DNA of 64,000 bases from a virus. Numbering within the stretch: position 1 is the first letter of the stretch; every line of letters starts with the position of its first letter. Below the pieces are notes generated by a model that saw only the letters and a list, made by a program, of their open reading frames with translations, searched no databases and was not told the origin of the DNA. Positions 27,006 through 36,808 of this stretch are shown in pieces. The stretch is taken from the IMG/VR virus record IMGVR_UViG_3300030390_002408; one strand, written 5' to 3'. A program made the translations under genes and the position numbers.

Positions 27006-28073
27006 TTAATTACTTAGAGGTGCTTTAATTGTTGAGTGTGATTGATAATCTTTTATGTAAAAATCATCAGGTGTAATATAATTTATTTGTTCTATTGTTC
27101 CTTGATCAGGATTCCAAAATTCATTGTTTATTATAAGTTTTGAAAGTGGTAATGGTTCTCTAGTAAGTTGCTCTCTTGCTTGATCAATGTGATTTTTATA
27201 TAAATGAACATCTCCTAAATTACCTACTAACTCACCTGGAATCATATTAACTTCATTTGCTATAATTTCAAGTAGTAAACCATAAGATGCTATGTTGAAT
27301 GGTAAACCTAAGAAAGTATCTACCGAACGTTGATTCCACATTAAACTGATTTCTCTTTTAGGAATGTTAAAAGCATCTAATAATTCATCTGGATTATTTC
27401 TTTTATGTGTTCCTGGATATTGTTCTTGAAAGAAACTAAATCTACCTTCTGGTTTATACATATTAAATCTCTCCTCTAAACTCAATTCTCTTGTCCAAAC
27501 TTGAAATCCATAATGACAAGGTGGTAATGTCATTTGTTCAATTTCTCCAACATTCCAAGCATTAACCATTAATCTTCTTGAATCTGGGTTTGTTTTGAGT
27601 TGTTCTATTAGGTTTGAGATTTGGTCTATATTACAATCACCACCTCCACAGTAATATTCCCAATCTCTCCACTGTTGACCATAAATAGGACCTAATTCAC
27701 CCCACTTATTAGCAAACTCATCATCAGTTTTAACCCTATTAATAAATTCTTCTATAGTATCAGGCCAAACCCCTTTATATTCATTTGTCTGATTAATGTA
27801 GTTCTTAAAAGCATCACCATTCCAAATGTTACAACCATTGTCAACAAGATACTTAATATTAGTATCTCCTCTTAAAAACCATAATAACTCAGTAACAATA
27901 CCTTTCCAATACATTTTTTTAGTAGTTAGCAATGGAAATCCTTGTTTCATATCGTGTCTAACTTGTCTACCAAATACAGAAATCGTGCCTGTGCCTGTTC
28001 TATCATTTTTTCCAACACCATTAAATAAAACATCCTCTAAGAGGTTCAAATAACTTTTATCTATGTTACTCAT
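27006..28073 (-). CDS. thyA: Thymidylate synthase
   Basis: Motifs DRTGTGT, ELLWF, LPPCH, QRSVD, GLPFN, HLY. Confidence 0.97.
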   Translation of the reverse strand: MSNIDKSYLNLLEDVLFNGVGKNDRTGTGTISVFGRQVRHDMKQGFPLLTTKKMYWKGIVTELLWFLRGDTNIKYLVDNGCNIWNGDAFKNYINQTNEYKGVWPDTIEEFINRVKTDDEFANKWGELGPIYGQQWRDWEYYCGGGDCNIDQISNLIEQLKTNPDSRRLMVNAWNVGEIEQMTLPPCHYGFQVWTRELSLEERFNMYKPEGRFSFFQEQYPGTHKRNNPDELLDAFNIPKREISLMWNQRSVDTFLGLPFNIASYGLLLEIIANEVNMIPGELVGNLGDVHLYKNHIDQAREQLTREPLPLSKLIINNEFWNPDQGTIEQINYITPDDFYIKDYQSHSTIKAPLSN

Positions 28074-28318
28074 CTAAAAACTTATCTTTATTTTTATTTA
28101 TATTTAAATAAATTATTACTAATACTATTAAGACCATAGCAATTTTTACTCCTGCTACTCCTAAAGTCATTCTTCTAGTTTTCTAGACTTTAAATACTCT
28201 TGATAGATTTTCTCTTGATGCTCTTTAGACATAAAAACAAAATCATCATATACAATATCATCATTTACATACTCTGCAAACTTTATAGCATGTTCTCGTA
28301 TTTCCTTATCTTCTACTT

Positions 28319-29215
28319 TCATTTTGAATAATTTACAATTGCCAATTCTTTGTGTTTAGCTTCAACTACAATATCTGGTTCTAATCCATAAGTATTGATT
28401 CTATCATAAATCAAATCAGAGTGAGCAGTTGGTTTGATCTTTTCATCTAAATGCTCCTTCCTTCTACTTTCAGAGTAATGACAACATTGTGTAATTCCCT
28501 CAGGCCATGTTTTTGAAGCTAATTTCAATGCTTCTTCTTCACTAAGACCACCAGTATTGAATTTGTGATGAAAATAATCAAAAGTAATAGGTATTCCAAC
28601 TGATTTGTAAACACCCTCATAGAGATCTTTTACACTAAACTCATTAGCAGAATCATCATTTTCAATGACTAGTCTCTTTTTGGTATTTTCATCTAGCAAT
28701 TCAAAGTTTTTGCAAAATCTTTCTAATGTTCCCTCCTTATCACCATAAAAACCACCTACGTGGATATTCACTTTATTGTAATTGCTAGGTTTGAACCCCA
28801 TCAAATCAAACTGCTCACTATGCTTATTCAAACCCTTGATGGTTCTTTGAACAACCTTCTCTGTTGGTGAAGCTAAGCAATGATAAGGACCTGGGTGCAT
28901 TGTTAGACGTTGTTTCTTTTGAGTAGCAATTTCTCCTACCTCCAACATCAATTCTTTGATTTCAGAATAATCTTTCAATTCAGTAAAATCATACTCTTCC
29001 ATCCAAGGGAATATTTGAGATGATAATCTAAATAATTTGATTCCAAATTCATTGTTCCATTTAACTATTGTTTTCAAATCTTTGACATTCTGAAGAGATA
29101 AATCTGAAACATAACTCAATCCTTTTAAGTCGAATGTTTTCCTCCTCATTGTACGATTAGTCATTATTCTACTCTTACTAAGATTCATGTTGATACAAGC
29201 GTAACCTAATTCCAT
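28319..29215 (-). CDS. uvsE: UV damage endonuclease
   Basis: Motifs LGYACIN, FRLSS, MHPG, IHVGG, IENDD, FDYFHH, HYSE, AHSD, EAKHKE. Confidence 0.93.
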   Translation of the reverse strand: MELGYACINMNLSKSRIMTNRTMRRKTFDLKGLSYVSDLSLQNVKDLKTIVKWNNEFGIKLFRLSSQIFPWMEEYDFTELKDYSEIKELMLEVGEIATQKKQRLTMHPGPYHCLASPTEKVVQRTIKGLNKHSEQFDLMGFKPSNYNKVNIHVGGFYGDKEGTLERFCKNFELLDENTKKRLVIENDDSANEFSVKDLYEGVYKSVGIPITFDYFHHKFNTGGLSEEEALKLASKTWPEGITQCCHYSESRRKEHLDEKIKPTAHSDLIYDRINTYGLEPDIVVEAKHKELAIVNYSK

Positions 29216-29230
29216 ATAACTTTTATTTTT

Positions 29231-29392
29231 TTATTTTCTAAAACTTTCCATCCACGAAGATAACACCTTCCTTGCTTCACTCCTACTTAAATCAAATGCT
29301 GATTCTAAATAAGGTCCGGCACCAAACATATTAGTAACTCCTGAATCTCTTAATAATTCTAAATAAGCGAAATACTCTTTTTCCATGTCCAT
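29231..29392 (-). CDS. 53 aa phage protein
   Basis: YLELLRDSGVTNMFGAGPYL. Own promoter at 29417-29448. Confidence 0.7.
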   Translation of the reverse strand: MDMEKEYFAYLELLRDSGVTNMFGAGPYLESAFDLSRSEARKVLSSWMESFRK

Positions 29393-29451
29393 AACTTTTA
29401 ATTTTTTTTTTATTCTTAAATATACGAATCTTACTTCACTTCTCCAAAAAA

Positions 29452-29646
29452 TTACTCATCTATCAACCCCCAATTTTCGGCATCATTTAATGATATTTCT
29501 ACCTTTAAGTCATCATCAGCAAAACCTTCATTCATACAGTAATAATTGTAACCGTATTTGTCACAAAATTTTTCCCAAGCCCCTACATAGTTTGCGTTTG
29601 ATATATCTCTTAACCTTACTTTTATTTTAATCTCACTTTTTCTCAT
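29452..29646 (-). CDS. Hypothetical protein
   Basis: AAAAGGTT-ATG start. Confidence 0.6.
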   Translation of the reverse strand: MRKSEIKIKVRLRDISNANYVGAWEKFCDKYGYNYYCMNEGFADDDLKVEISLNDAENWGLIDE

Positions 29647-29652
29647 AACCTT

Positions 29653-29847
29653 TTAATTTAATTTCATTCTTGATTTTAATACGTAATTAAGTGCTCTTAC
29701 TTTTAAACTAGCTTTATCATATTTTTCATAATCACCTAATTCAATAAAAGCTTCCATTTCTCTTTCTGATAATTCACAAATTTCAATTAGATCCATTCCA
29801 TCTAATTCAACTGCTTCTGTAATTATATTTTTATATTTACTTTCCAT
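29653..29847 (-). CDS. Hypothetical protein with UVR-like motif
   Basis: GDYEKYDKASLK. Confidence 0.5.
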   Translation of the reverse strand: MESKYKNIITEAVELDGMDLIEICELSEREMEAFIELGDYEKYDKASLKVRALNYVLKSRMKLN

Positions 29848-29849
29848 CT

Positions 29850-29999
29850 CTAATTTAAATTATTTTTTATTTCAACTAATAAACATTTACCATTTTCACC
29901 AGTAACTAATTTAAAATTAGTTTCAACTTTTGACTCTTCCTTTACTGTTGGGAAATTTTGAATTAAATCTTCAACCCTTATTTTTTTTCTTGCTTTCAT
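29850..29999 (-). CDS. 49 aa protein
   Basis: Start moved to MKARKK, after AAATAAAGGTT and downstream of promoter ~30032-30067. Confidence 0.55.
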   Translation of the reverse strand: MKARKKIRVEDLIQNFPTVKEESKVETNFKLVTGENGKCLLVEIKNNLN

Positions 30000-30122
30000 A
30001 ACCTTTATTTTTAATCGCTCGAACCAATCGAACACCGTGAATATACGAAAGGGAATTGGGGGAGGCACGCTTTTCGTTAGAAAATGTGCCTCTTTTTTTA
30101 ATATAATTTCAATTAATTTGTA

Positions 30123-30572
30123 TCATGTATAGTAATTTTGTGATAATCCAAAATGTCTATTCGTCAATGATGTGTCTGGTTTATTTGAAATCTTTTTTAG
30201 ATTTGATAATACACTGTCGTAGTTTTCTTGGTTATTTGCATTGAAAATTTCCATATTTAAGTCCTCTCCCTTTATTGGCATATGATAAATAACATAGTGT
30301 TCATATTTTTTCTCCTTTCTATTTGGATATTTAACCTCATAATCAATAGAAATTTTATCTCCAACATCAAAGTAATCTTTAAATCCATTATGAAATGATT
30401 TAGTTACTTCATAGGTTCCCACTACTGAACGATTTACTATTTTTTTATCTTTATCTTTTTTCTTGAAAAGATTTAAAAATTTATCTTTAAGGCCTTCATC
30501 TATTTTAGTATATTTTTCTTCTTTTAATAGCTTACCTTCAGTTAGGAATTTTTTTAAATCAAATTTATCCAT
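30123..30572 (-). CDS. MDKFDLKK-family protein
   Basis: Shared N-terminal peptide. Confidence 0.7.
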   Translation of the reverse strand: MDKFDLKKFLTEGKLLKEEKYTKIDEGLKDKFLNLFKKKDKDKKIVNRSVVGTYEVTKSFHNGFKDYFDVGDKISIDYEVKYPNRKEKKYEHYVIYHMPIKGEDLNMEIFNANNQENYDSVLSNLKKISNKPDTSLTNRHFGLSQNYYT

Positions 30573-30582
30573 TATATTTTTT

Positions 30583-31047
30583 TTATCTATGTATTTTATT
30601 TTCTTCTCCTTGAATTAATTCACCTTTTGATGTAAAGATCATAGGACCATAAATATCATAAGATTTCTTTGAATTAAAAACAACCTTCATATTATCTACT
30701 ACTTTACGCATAGCTGATAAGGATTCCATAAAAAGGAAATATTCACCTGTTCTCCTTCTATCATCAAATAAATTAACACTCCCAAATCGATTTAAATCCA
30801 TTCCAGCTGTTATTTCTTCTATCATGTTAGATAATTCAAACCTTTTAGGTTTTTTTACTTTATCATCTTCACTTTGACCAAAATCATCACGATTTATCCA
30901 TACTCCATAATAATCAGTAGCATTATTAACATTAAATCCTTCTAACCATGGTGAATAAATAGATTTAGGTTTTCTTACTTCATTCACTGATGTTATTTTT
31001 AATAATTTATTTTCAGCTAAGTATTTCTTTAAATCAAATTTATCCAT
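30583..31047 (-). CDS. MDKFDLKK-family protein
   Basis: MDKFDLKKYLAENKLLK. Late motif at 31061-31071. Confidence 0.7.
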   Translation of the reverse strand: MDKFDLKKYLAENKLLKITSVNEVRKPKSIYSPWLEGFNVNNATDYYGVWINRDDFGQSEDDKVKKPKRFELSNMIEEITAGMDLNRFGSVNLFDDRRRTGEYFLFMESLSAMRKVVDNMKVVFNSKKSYDIYGPMIFTSKGELIQGEENKIHR

Positions 31048-31076
31048 TGTTATGTTTTCGTTATAAATATATAAAA

Positions 31077-31271
31077 TTACGTGTTATTTTCATCTTTAAA
31101 CCTTAATTGTTTCTTCTTGGGTCTTCGCCGTCTTTTATCAGGATTGTCCATTTGAACTCCACATTTAATACAACGATATAGTGTTGTATCTCGATCCATT
31201 TCAAACTCTCGGCTACCACATTGATAACACTCTTCATCATCGTTATCAACAAAATTATTATACTTCATCAC
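31077..31271 (-). CDS. Zinc-ribbon protein
   Basis: CYQC...CIKC and a basic tail. Confidence 0.65.
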   Translation of the reverse strand: MMKYNNFVDNDDEECYQCGSREFEMDRDTTLYRCIKCGVQMDNPDKRRRRPKKKQLRFKDENNT

Positions 31272-31503
31272 TTATTAAATTTTCTTCTTCATTAACTTCT
31301 TCAATTGAAACATCACTAACTTCATTACAAAATAAAAACACTTCCCCCATCATCAAAACATGATCACAAACCAAGTAGTCTCTATACTCTTTAACCCACT
31401 TCATTTCAACATCACCATCACCTTTAAAGTACGATGATGGAACTTCTTTCCTCACCCAATAAAGTTTATCATTGTGCTCGAAAAACTTCCTTTTCATTTC
31501 CAT
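31258..31503 (-). CDS. Hypothetical protein
   Basis: Coupled ORF. Confidence 0.6.
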   Translation of the reverse strand: MEMKRKFFEHNDKLYWVRKEVPSSYFKGDGDVEMKWVKEYRDYLVCDHVLMMGEVFLFCNEVSDVSIEEVNEEENLISDEV

Positions 31504-31784
31504 TTTCCTCTTCTTTTATTTAAACCACTTTTAACTCTATCCTCAATTTCATCTGAAGTGTAATACCACCCCATTTTCATTTGACATAATCCCTCCAGTA
31601 TCTTCCATAAGTTAACACCTTTAGGATAAAACACATCATCAACCTCTTCATCACCCTTAAGTGTTGTAGGTTGAACTTCCAAATTAGAAATAAACTCATA
31701 CCATATCCATTTAAAAGGAAGGGTAACGTAGTGTCTTCTCCTCCATATTTTTCCTACTTCATTTAAATCTTGAAATCTCTTCAT
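31494..31784 (-). CDS. Hypothetical protein
   Basis: Coupled ORF. Confidence 0.6.
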   Translation of the reverse strand: MKRFQDLNEVGKIWRRRHYVTLPFKWIWYEFISNLEVQPTTLKGDEEVDDVFYPKGVNLWKILEGLCQMKMGWYYTSDEIEDRVKSGLNKRRGKWK

Positions 31785-32602
31785 TGTTTCGTTACTTTTC
31801 TAGTTTGATCATCATAAATAAGTATTACCATTCCTTTATAATCATCACCAACTTCTTGACCAAGGAAATTTACTTTTTTTATAAGCATTTTTTTTAGCTT
31901 AGGCCTCACTACTACTATAATATCCGAAAAAGTTGTAGTTCGATCGAAGTCAACTTGCTTTAATCTATAATATTGAGTTTCGGTAGTCAAATGATTTACA
32001 AAGTAAGTTATTTCTTTATCCCCATTTTCCCCCTTCACCTTAGCTAAAACATCCCACTCAACACCATCAACAGACTTTTCAACTTCAAAGTACCAGTTGT
32101 TTAACTGCATTGCTGTAGTCCAGGTTATAGAATTTCTTCCTTCCCTAATCTCAAAAGCTTTAAATTCAATTAACTCTACAGGTAAAGCAACCTGACATTT
32201 AACATTAGTATAACTTACGGCTCCGGTAGTTTTAAAGTAGCCTTCATCTATAGGTGCCCCTGAATTTATGTAGAGATCACTACATGAGTTACAATATCTT
32301 TCAATGTCATCTTTTTGCCATTGTCCTCCAAAGGTTGTTACTGTTAATTTTGCCCCACATCCTAGCAATTTAAAATTACCCGATCCGTAATTTTGAACAG
32401 ATCCATTGAATTCAACTTCAACTCCATCATCAATACGAATCTCTCCATAATTAGTAGTTGAAGCGTTAGTTATAGTCCCATCTTGAGTAAAACACACTAC
32501 TTTATTAGCACCCACTACTGCGGGTATTGTGTTAGTGTAGTCACATTGTGATTTTAGGGTTAATGTTAGGAAGAATCCCACGATTAAAATTGATGATTTC
32601 AT
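31781..32602 (-). CDS. Secreted protein with Bacteroidota T9SS-cargo-like C-terminal domains
   Basis: Signal peptide ending KSQ, LPVELIEFKA...ITWTTA...FEVEKS...YYRLKQVDFD domain, terminal KVNFLGQEV...IYDD. Confidence 0.75.
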   Translation of the reverse strand: MKSSILIVGFFLTLTLKSQCDYTNTIPAVVGANKVVCFTQDGTITNASTTNYGEIRIDDGVEVEFNGSVQNYGSGNFKLLGCGAKLTVTTFGGQWQKDDIERYCNSCSDLYINSGAPIDEGYFKTTGAVSYTNVKCQVALPVELIEFKAFEIREGRNSITWTTAMQLNNWYFEVEKSVDGVEWDVLAKVKGENGDKEITYFVNHLTTETQYYRLKQVDFDRTTTFSDIIVVVRPKLKKMLIKKVNFLGQEVGDDYKGMVILIYDDQTRKVTKQ

Positions 32603-32666
32603 ACTATTTCATTTATTGTTTATATATACGTATAAGAGTAGGGTGGTGTGTAACAAAAATAAATAT

Positions 32667-33017
32667 TTATTTCTTCCAAAAAACTTGAATGCATATAAGA
32701 ATAATTGATAAAATTAATGAAACTATTGTTTTAATATTCATCCCCTCATTAAAAAACCATCCAACAAACACGCCATAAAGTATAATCCCTATCCCAAATC
32801 CTATAAATCTTGCAGGCCATAATAATCCTTCAAACCCGTTAACACTATATTTAGTCCCCCATATATAAAACAAAGAAATTGGAATTCCAAATAAAGCTAA
32901 CACCCACTCATTTTCTTTAAACCACTCCCACTTAAATTGACCATTTAATTGAAAGATTGTAAATACATGGGCGAGCATAAAGAATACAAAACCCTTAAGT
33001 AACTCTATTATATTCAT
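32667..33017 (-). CDS. Small 4-TM DMT/EamA-like membrane protein
   Basis: Four hydrophobic helices, FFNEGMNIKTIVSLIL. Confidence 0.6.
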   Translation of the reverse strand: MNIIELLKGFVFFMLAHVFTIFQLNGQFKWEWFKENEWVLALFGIPISLFYIWGTKYSVNGFEGLLWPARFIGFGIGIILYGVFVGWFFNEGMNIKTIVSLILSIILICIQVFWKK

Positions 33018-33226
33018 TTTCTTTGTGTGAAATTCTTAATTAATTCAATTATAAAAATAGCTAAATAAACGGGCCAAGCTAACATTAAAATAAATCTTGC
33101 TGTTAAATTTAATTTTACATAATTTTCACCCTGCATCTTGGTTAGTCTTCTATTTGATGTTTCTAGAATAAAGGCAAATACTACTCCTAATAAAATATAA
33201 ATTGTTAGAGAATTAAATGTATACAT
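33014..33226 (-). CDS. Small 2-TM membrane protein
   Basis: Hydrophobic, LAWPVYL. Confidence 0.6.
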   Translation of the reverse strand: MYTFNSLTIYILLGVVFAFILETSNRRLTKMQGENYVKLNLTARFILMLAWPVYLAIFIIELIKNFTQRK

Positions 33227-33378
33227 AGATTTATTTTATTTCGTTAATGAATTGGGTTTTATTAATTAAATCCTCTAGTAATTCTATGGCTTCAGACAAA
33301 TTTGATGTTTGACCATTTCCCGAGTTTCTATTGATTATTAAATCTTGAACTTTGAATAATTTTTCGTATAATTCTTTC

Positions 33379-33780
33379 TTATCCATTTCCCATAAGTTTT
33401 TCTAGATTAATATTTTTTAAATCATCATCAGATGGCTCTTCCTCAACAATGTGAAACTCATCAATGTTGTCAAAATAAGACTCACCTCTTTCTTTCATTT
33501 TTTCCTCTTTCCAAGCTATTTCTCTAAGTAAACCTGCATTTTCTACTAAACACCAGATTCTATCTTTCCACAAATCTAATTTAACATCATCTACTATGAA
33601 ATTATATCCATTCCTTTGAGTCATTTCCCCCAAATCGTAAATGAATTCTGATGTTAGAATGTCTAATTCACCACCAATTGGGAAATTAGTACCATATTTA
33701 TCAGAACCATTAGTTCCATTATCATACATTTCTTTAATCTTCAACCATTTAGGTGCTATATAACTTTTTTCTACTTTCAT
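33379..33780 (-). CDS. Hypothetical protein
   Basis: AAAAGTT-ATG start. Confidence 0.65.
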   Translation of the reverse strand: MKVEKSYIAPKWLKIKEMYDNGTNGSDKYGTNFPIGGELDILTSEFIYDLGEMTQRNGYNFIVDDVKLDLWKDRIWCLVENAGLLREIAWKEEKMKERGESYFDNIDEFHIVEEEPSDDDLKNINLEKLMGNG

Positions 33781-33797
33781 AACTTTTAATTTTTGAT

Positions 33798-34406
33798 TTA
33801 TTTACTTACTTTTAAATTGAAATTTGGATTTAGAGTATTTATTTCATTAATAATCTCTTGCTCATGGTTTTTGATTTCATCATCCATGATTTTTTCTTGG
33901 TATGAATGTAATACTTCTCCTGTTTCCTTATCAACTAAAGTTTCTCCATCTTCTAGATATTTTTTATCAAATTGATCTAATGATTTTGAAACTTCATCAA
34001 CATCTCCATACCATCTCCCATATCTTTGAATTACTGAATTAAATTCTCCAACATCATGACGGCGAGATGACCATTTACCAAATTCAGGATCTTTAATATT
34101 AGGTTTCCAAGCTATATGTTCCAATTCATGGAATATTAATGCTTCCTTTTGTTTAGGATTTAATCCTCTATATTCATCAACATTTACATAAATTATATAA
34201 TCATAATTGGTTAATAATTTATAAATTGCTGGAACTACTTCACATTTCCCTAACCATTTAGCCTTTTTATCAGATTCAATGTAAGCTATATTAGCATGTA
34301 TGGTTAAACCATTTAATACTTTTTTAGCAATTGCTTCAACTTCCTCACTAATCTCATAAGGAAGTGGTTTTAATAATCCTGGTGGTGTTGATTTACAATC
34401 TCCCAT
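33798..34406 (-). CDS. Putative phage metallopeptidase
   Basis: LIFHELEHI (HExxH) and RHDVGEFNSVIQRYG. Confidence 0.8.
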   Translation of the reverse strand: MGDCKSTPPGLLKPLPYEISEEVEAIAKKVLNGLTIHANIAYIESDKKAKWLGKCEVVPAIYKLLTNYDYIIYVNVDEYRGLNPKQKEALIFHELEHIAWKPNIKDPEFGKWSSRRHDVGEFNSVIQRYGRWYGDVDEVSKSLDQFDKKYLEDGETLVDKETGEVLHSYQEKIMDDEIKNHEQEIINEINTLNPNFNLKVSK

Positions 34407-34449
34407 AAAAATATATTTTAAATTTATAATTCAATGTATAATAAATTGT

Positions 34450-34692
34450 TTACACATCCCAATCTTCCAATGCTATTTGCATACAAAGTAATGGGGAAGA
34501 TTCCGGAAATTCTTTCATATTATTTAGAGCTGAGTATATTACTTCTATTGTTAATCCTGCTCTTTCGGCTCTATCAAATAGTTGAACTATTTCTAGCATT
34601 TCACCTTCTTCTACCTTTGTTAGGTAATTTTCTTTTATCTCATTCATATCTTTGGTAATGTTACTATGTGAAAGGCCCATAATGAAGCCCAA
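34450..34692 (-). CDS. Hypothetical protein
   Basis: True start probably MNEIK. Confidence 0.55.
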   Translation of the reverse strand: MGFIMGLSHSNITKDMNEIKENYLTKVEEGEMLEIVQLFDRAERAGLTIEVIYSALNNMKEFPESSPLLCMQIALEDWDV

Positions 34693-34810
34693 ATTCCTAC
34701 TCCAACTAAAATAATAAATAAACCCTCTTTTATTGTTTCAGATGGATTCTCTTTAAATGATTTTTTTAATACTCTAAACATTTCTTTCATAACTTTTATT
34801 TTTTAAAATT

Positions 34811-34864
34811 TAACCTTGCAACCTTATTCCTAAATATACGATGGCTCTTTGAGGGAGCCAAATT
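34811..34864 (-). promoter_or_regulatory. Early promoter plus leader
   Basis: TTTGG-N17-CGTATATTTAGGAATAAGGTTGCAAGG. Confidence 0.75.
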
Positions 34865-35206
34865 TTAGAATAGTTTTCTTAAAAGTGAAGGTGAAACATT
34901 AACAATTCCTCTATCACCTTTAACTTTAACATTTTTACTATTAATTTTAATAATTTTAAATTTTTCAGTAGGAAGTACTTTTTTATGAGCAATTTTAACA
35001 GTTTCACCAATAATAAAATCATCTTTACTAAGTTCTTCTTCTCTTTCTCCTTTAAGAGCTGTCATTTTTCCTCTTATTGAAGTTTCATCATATGTTAATG
35101 TTCCTAAATTAATAGTAACTCCATACTTTTCTTCAAGTTCAGCCATTGATGATTGAAAATCTTTTCTAAACTTATCAACTGTTAATTCATTAAATACCTT
35201 TTTCAT
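34865..35206 (-). CDS. Hypothetical protein with C-terminal SH3/KOW-like domain
   Basis: FIIGETVKI...KIIKINSKNVKV...NVSPSLL. Confidence 0.65.
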   Translation of the reverse strand: MKKVFNELTVDKFRKDFQSSMAELEEKYGVTINLGTLTYDETSIRGKMTALKGEREEELSKDDFIIGETVKIAHKKVLPTEKFKIIKINSKNVKVKGDRGIVNVSPSLLRKLF

Positions 35207-35240
35207 AACTTTTATTTTTATTTTTTATAATTTAACTTTC

Positions 35241-35303
35241 CTAACCCTGCAACCTTACCCCGTAAATATACGATGGGGGTCTTACTTCTCCTACCCCCAT
35301 CGC
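35241..35303 (-). promoter_or_regulatory. Early promoter plus leader, with a 10-bp inverted repeat
   Basis: GTAGG-N17-CGTATATTTACGGGGTAAGGTTGCAGGGTTA. Confidence 0.75.
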
Positions 35304-35311
35304 AATTACTT

Positions 35312-35638
35312 TTAAGATTTTTCAAGCAAAGTAACATCACTATATTTTATTTTACCTGAAGTTCTACCACCAAGCATGTCAAATGTATACAACCAAACAC
35401 AAGTTGGGCCAAATTTATCAACATTCATTCCTCTAAACTCACCGTATATTGCAGTTGTATTTGAATCAGCATGTACTTCAAATATTGTTGGAAAATTCCC
35501 CCATTCTCCTACTTTTAAATCAGATTCTGATATATCGAATTCTTCTTTACGTCGGTAAGTATCTTTCAACCCCTCAACTATAAATTTAGTTCCATGAACT
35601 GTTAATGCTTTTTTTACTTCTTTAACCATATTTTTCAT
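35312..35638 (-). CDS. Hypothetical protein
   Basis: Has its own promoter. Confidence 0.7.
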   Translation of the reverse strand: MKNMVKEVKKALTVHGTKFIVEGLKDTYRRKEEFDISESDLKVGEWGNFPTIFEVHADSNTTAIYGEFRGMNVDKFGPTCVWLYTFDMLGGRTSGKIKYSDVTLLEKS

Positions 35639-35659
35639 AACTTTTATTTTTTACGCTGC

Positions 35660-35716
35660 TTAACCCTGCAACCTTACCCCGTAAATATACGATGAAATCC
35701 TCAGGAAGCCAAATTT
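35660..35716 (-). promoter_or_regulatory. Early promoter plus leader
   Basis: TTTGGCTTCCTGAGGATTTCATCGTATATTTACGGGGTAAGGTTGCAGGGTTAA. Confidence 0.8.
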
Positions 35717-35724
35717 TTAGCGCA

Positions 35725-36018
35725 TTAACTTAAATATTCTATGGCATTTTTTACTTGAGAGCATATTTCATACTCTTCATGGAATATTAAGGTATCTAGA
35801 TTTTTTTCTAAAGTGTAAGCAAAGTTTTTTCTATCAGCCGTTATGTCTACTATTATTCCAGAATTTTCAAGATGTATTTCTAGAATATTTATAAATCTTT
35901 TTTTAGTATCTAAATTATCTAAAATAACTTTTACTATTTCTATAGATAAATATTTATCTTTAGATTTAATTCTATTCTCTAATTCTTCTTCATCTTTTAA
36001 AAAAATTGAATATGCCAT
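35725..36018 (-). CDS. Protein with C-terminal UVR-like motif (paralog of 37214..37558)
   Basis: EEYEICSQVKN. Confidence 0.6.
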   Translation of the reverse strand: MAYSIFLKDEEELENRIKSKDKYLSIEIVKVILDNLDTKKRFINILEIHLENSGIIVDITADRKNFAYTLEKNLDTLIFHEEYEICSQVKNAIEYLS

Positions 36019-36172
36019 ACTTAAAATTTATCAAGGAAATTACCTTTTATTTTTTTCTCTTTTAACTTTTGAAATTTTTCATCTTCTTTAAGGGATTTTG
36101 TAGCCAATTTTTCTAGATGTTTTCTCTTTTGATTTTCATAATCATTTACTACTTTGCTATGTTTTTTATTTT

Positions 36173-36808
36173 TCATATTCTTGATATAATATCATAATCA
36201 TCACCATCACTATCATCTCCTAATCCTAATTCTTTTAATCGTTGGGTTTGATAATCATCTAACTCCCAATCAACTTCACCTTTTGAGACAGGTTTATGAT
36301 CTTCTATACTTTCAATTTGCTTATTAGTAAACAAATCACCTATTGATAAATAGTAACAGTTATAGCAAAGAAATTGAATATTATCTTTTTTATAGTTTTT
36401 TTTATTACCATCTTTGAAATTTAATAGAATAGGTATCTTATAATCTGATACTCTCCGTTCTTTAAATCCACAACAAGCACACTCTTCTTTTAAGTAACCT
36501 TCAGTAATTAGTCTGTATTTTAATTTTTCGGGAGAGAATGAGGATGCATCTGTTCTACCTTCTATTATATCTAGAAGTGGTGGTTCTTTTCCTGTACTTT
36601 TTAAAAATTTAGGTATTCCTTTTCCTGATGGGTTTAGATGTTGAGTAAAAAGATTGTCATATCCATCTTTAGTTGCTTCATAAACTTTAGCCCACATTTT
36701 ATAATGTGTGTATGAGCAATTAAGATAACGTGCTGCAGCTCTATTTGATTTGGTTTTACCCATAGCTGCCAAAATTTCTTCTTTTTTTAAATCTCTTCTT
36801 TTAGGCAT
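36173..36808 (-). CDS. HTH plus degenerate HNH-fold protein
   Basis: SNRAAARYLNCS helix-turn-helix; CACC...LLNFKDGNKKNYKKDNIQFLCYNCY. Confidence 0.7.
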   Translation of the reverse strand: MPKRRDLKKEEILAAMGKTKSNRAAARYLNCSYTHYKMWAKVYEATKDGYDNLFTQHLNPSGKGIPKFLKSTGKEPPLLDIIEGRTDASSFSPEKLKYRLITEGYLKEECACCGFKERRVSDYKIPILLNFKDGNKKNYKKDNIQFLCYNCYYLSIGDLFTNKQIESIEDHKPVSKGEVDWELDDYQTQRLKELGLGDDSDGDDYDIISRI

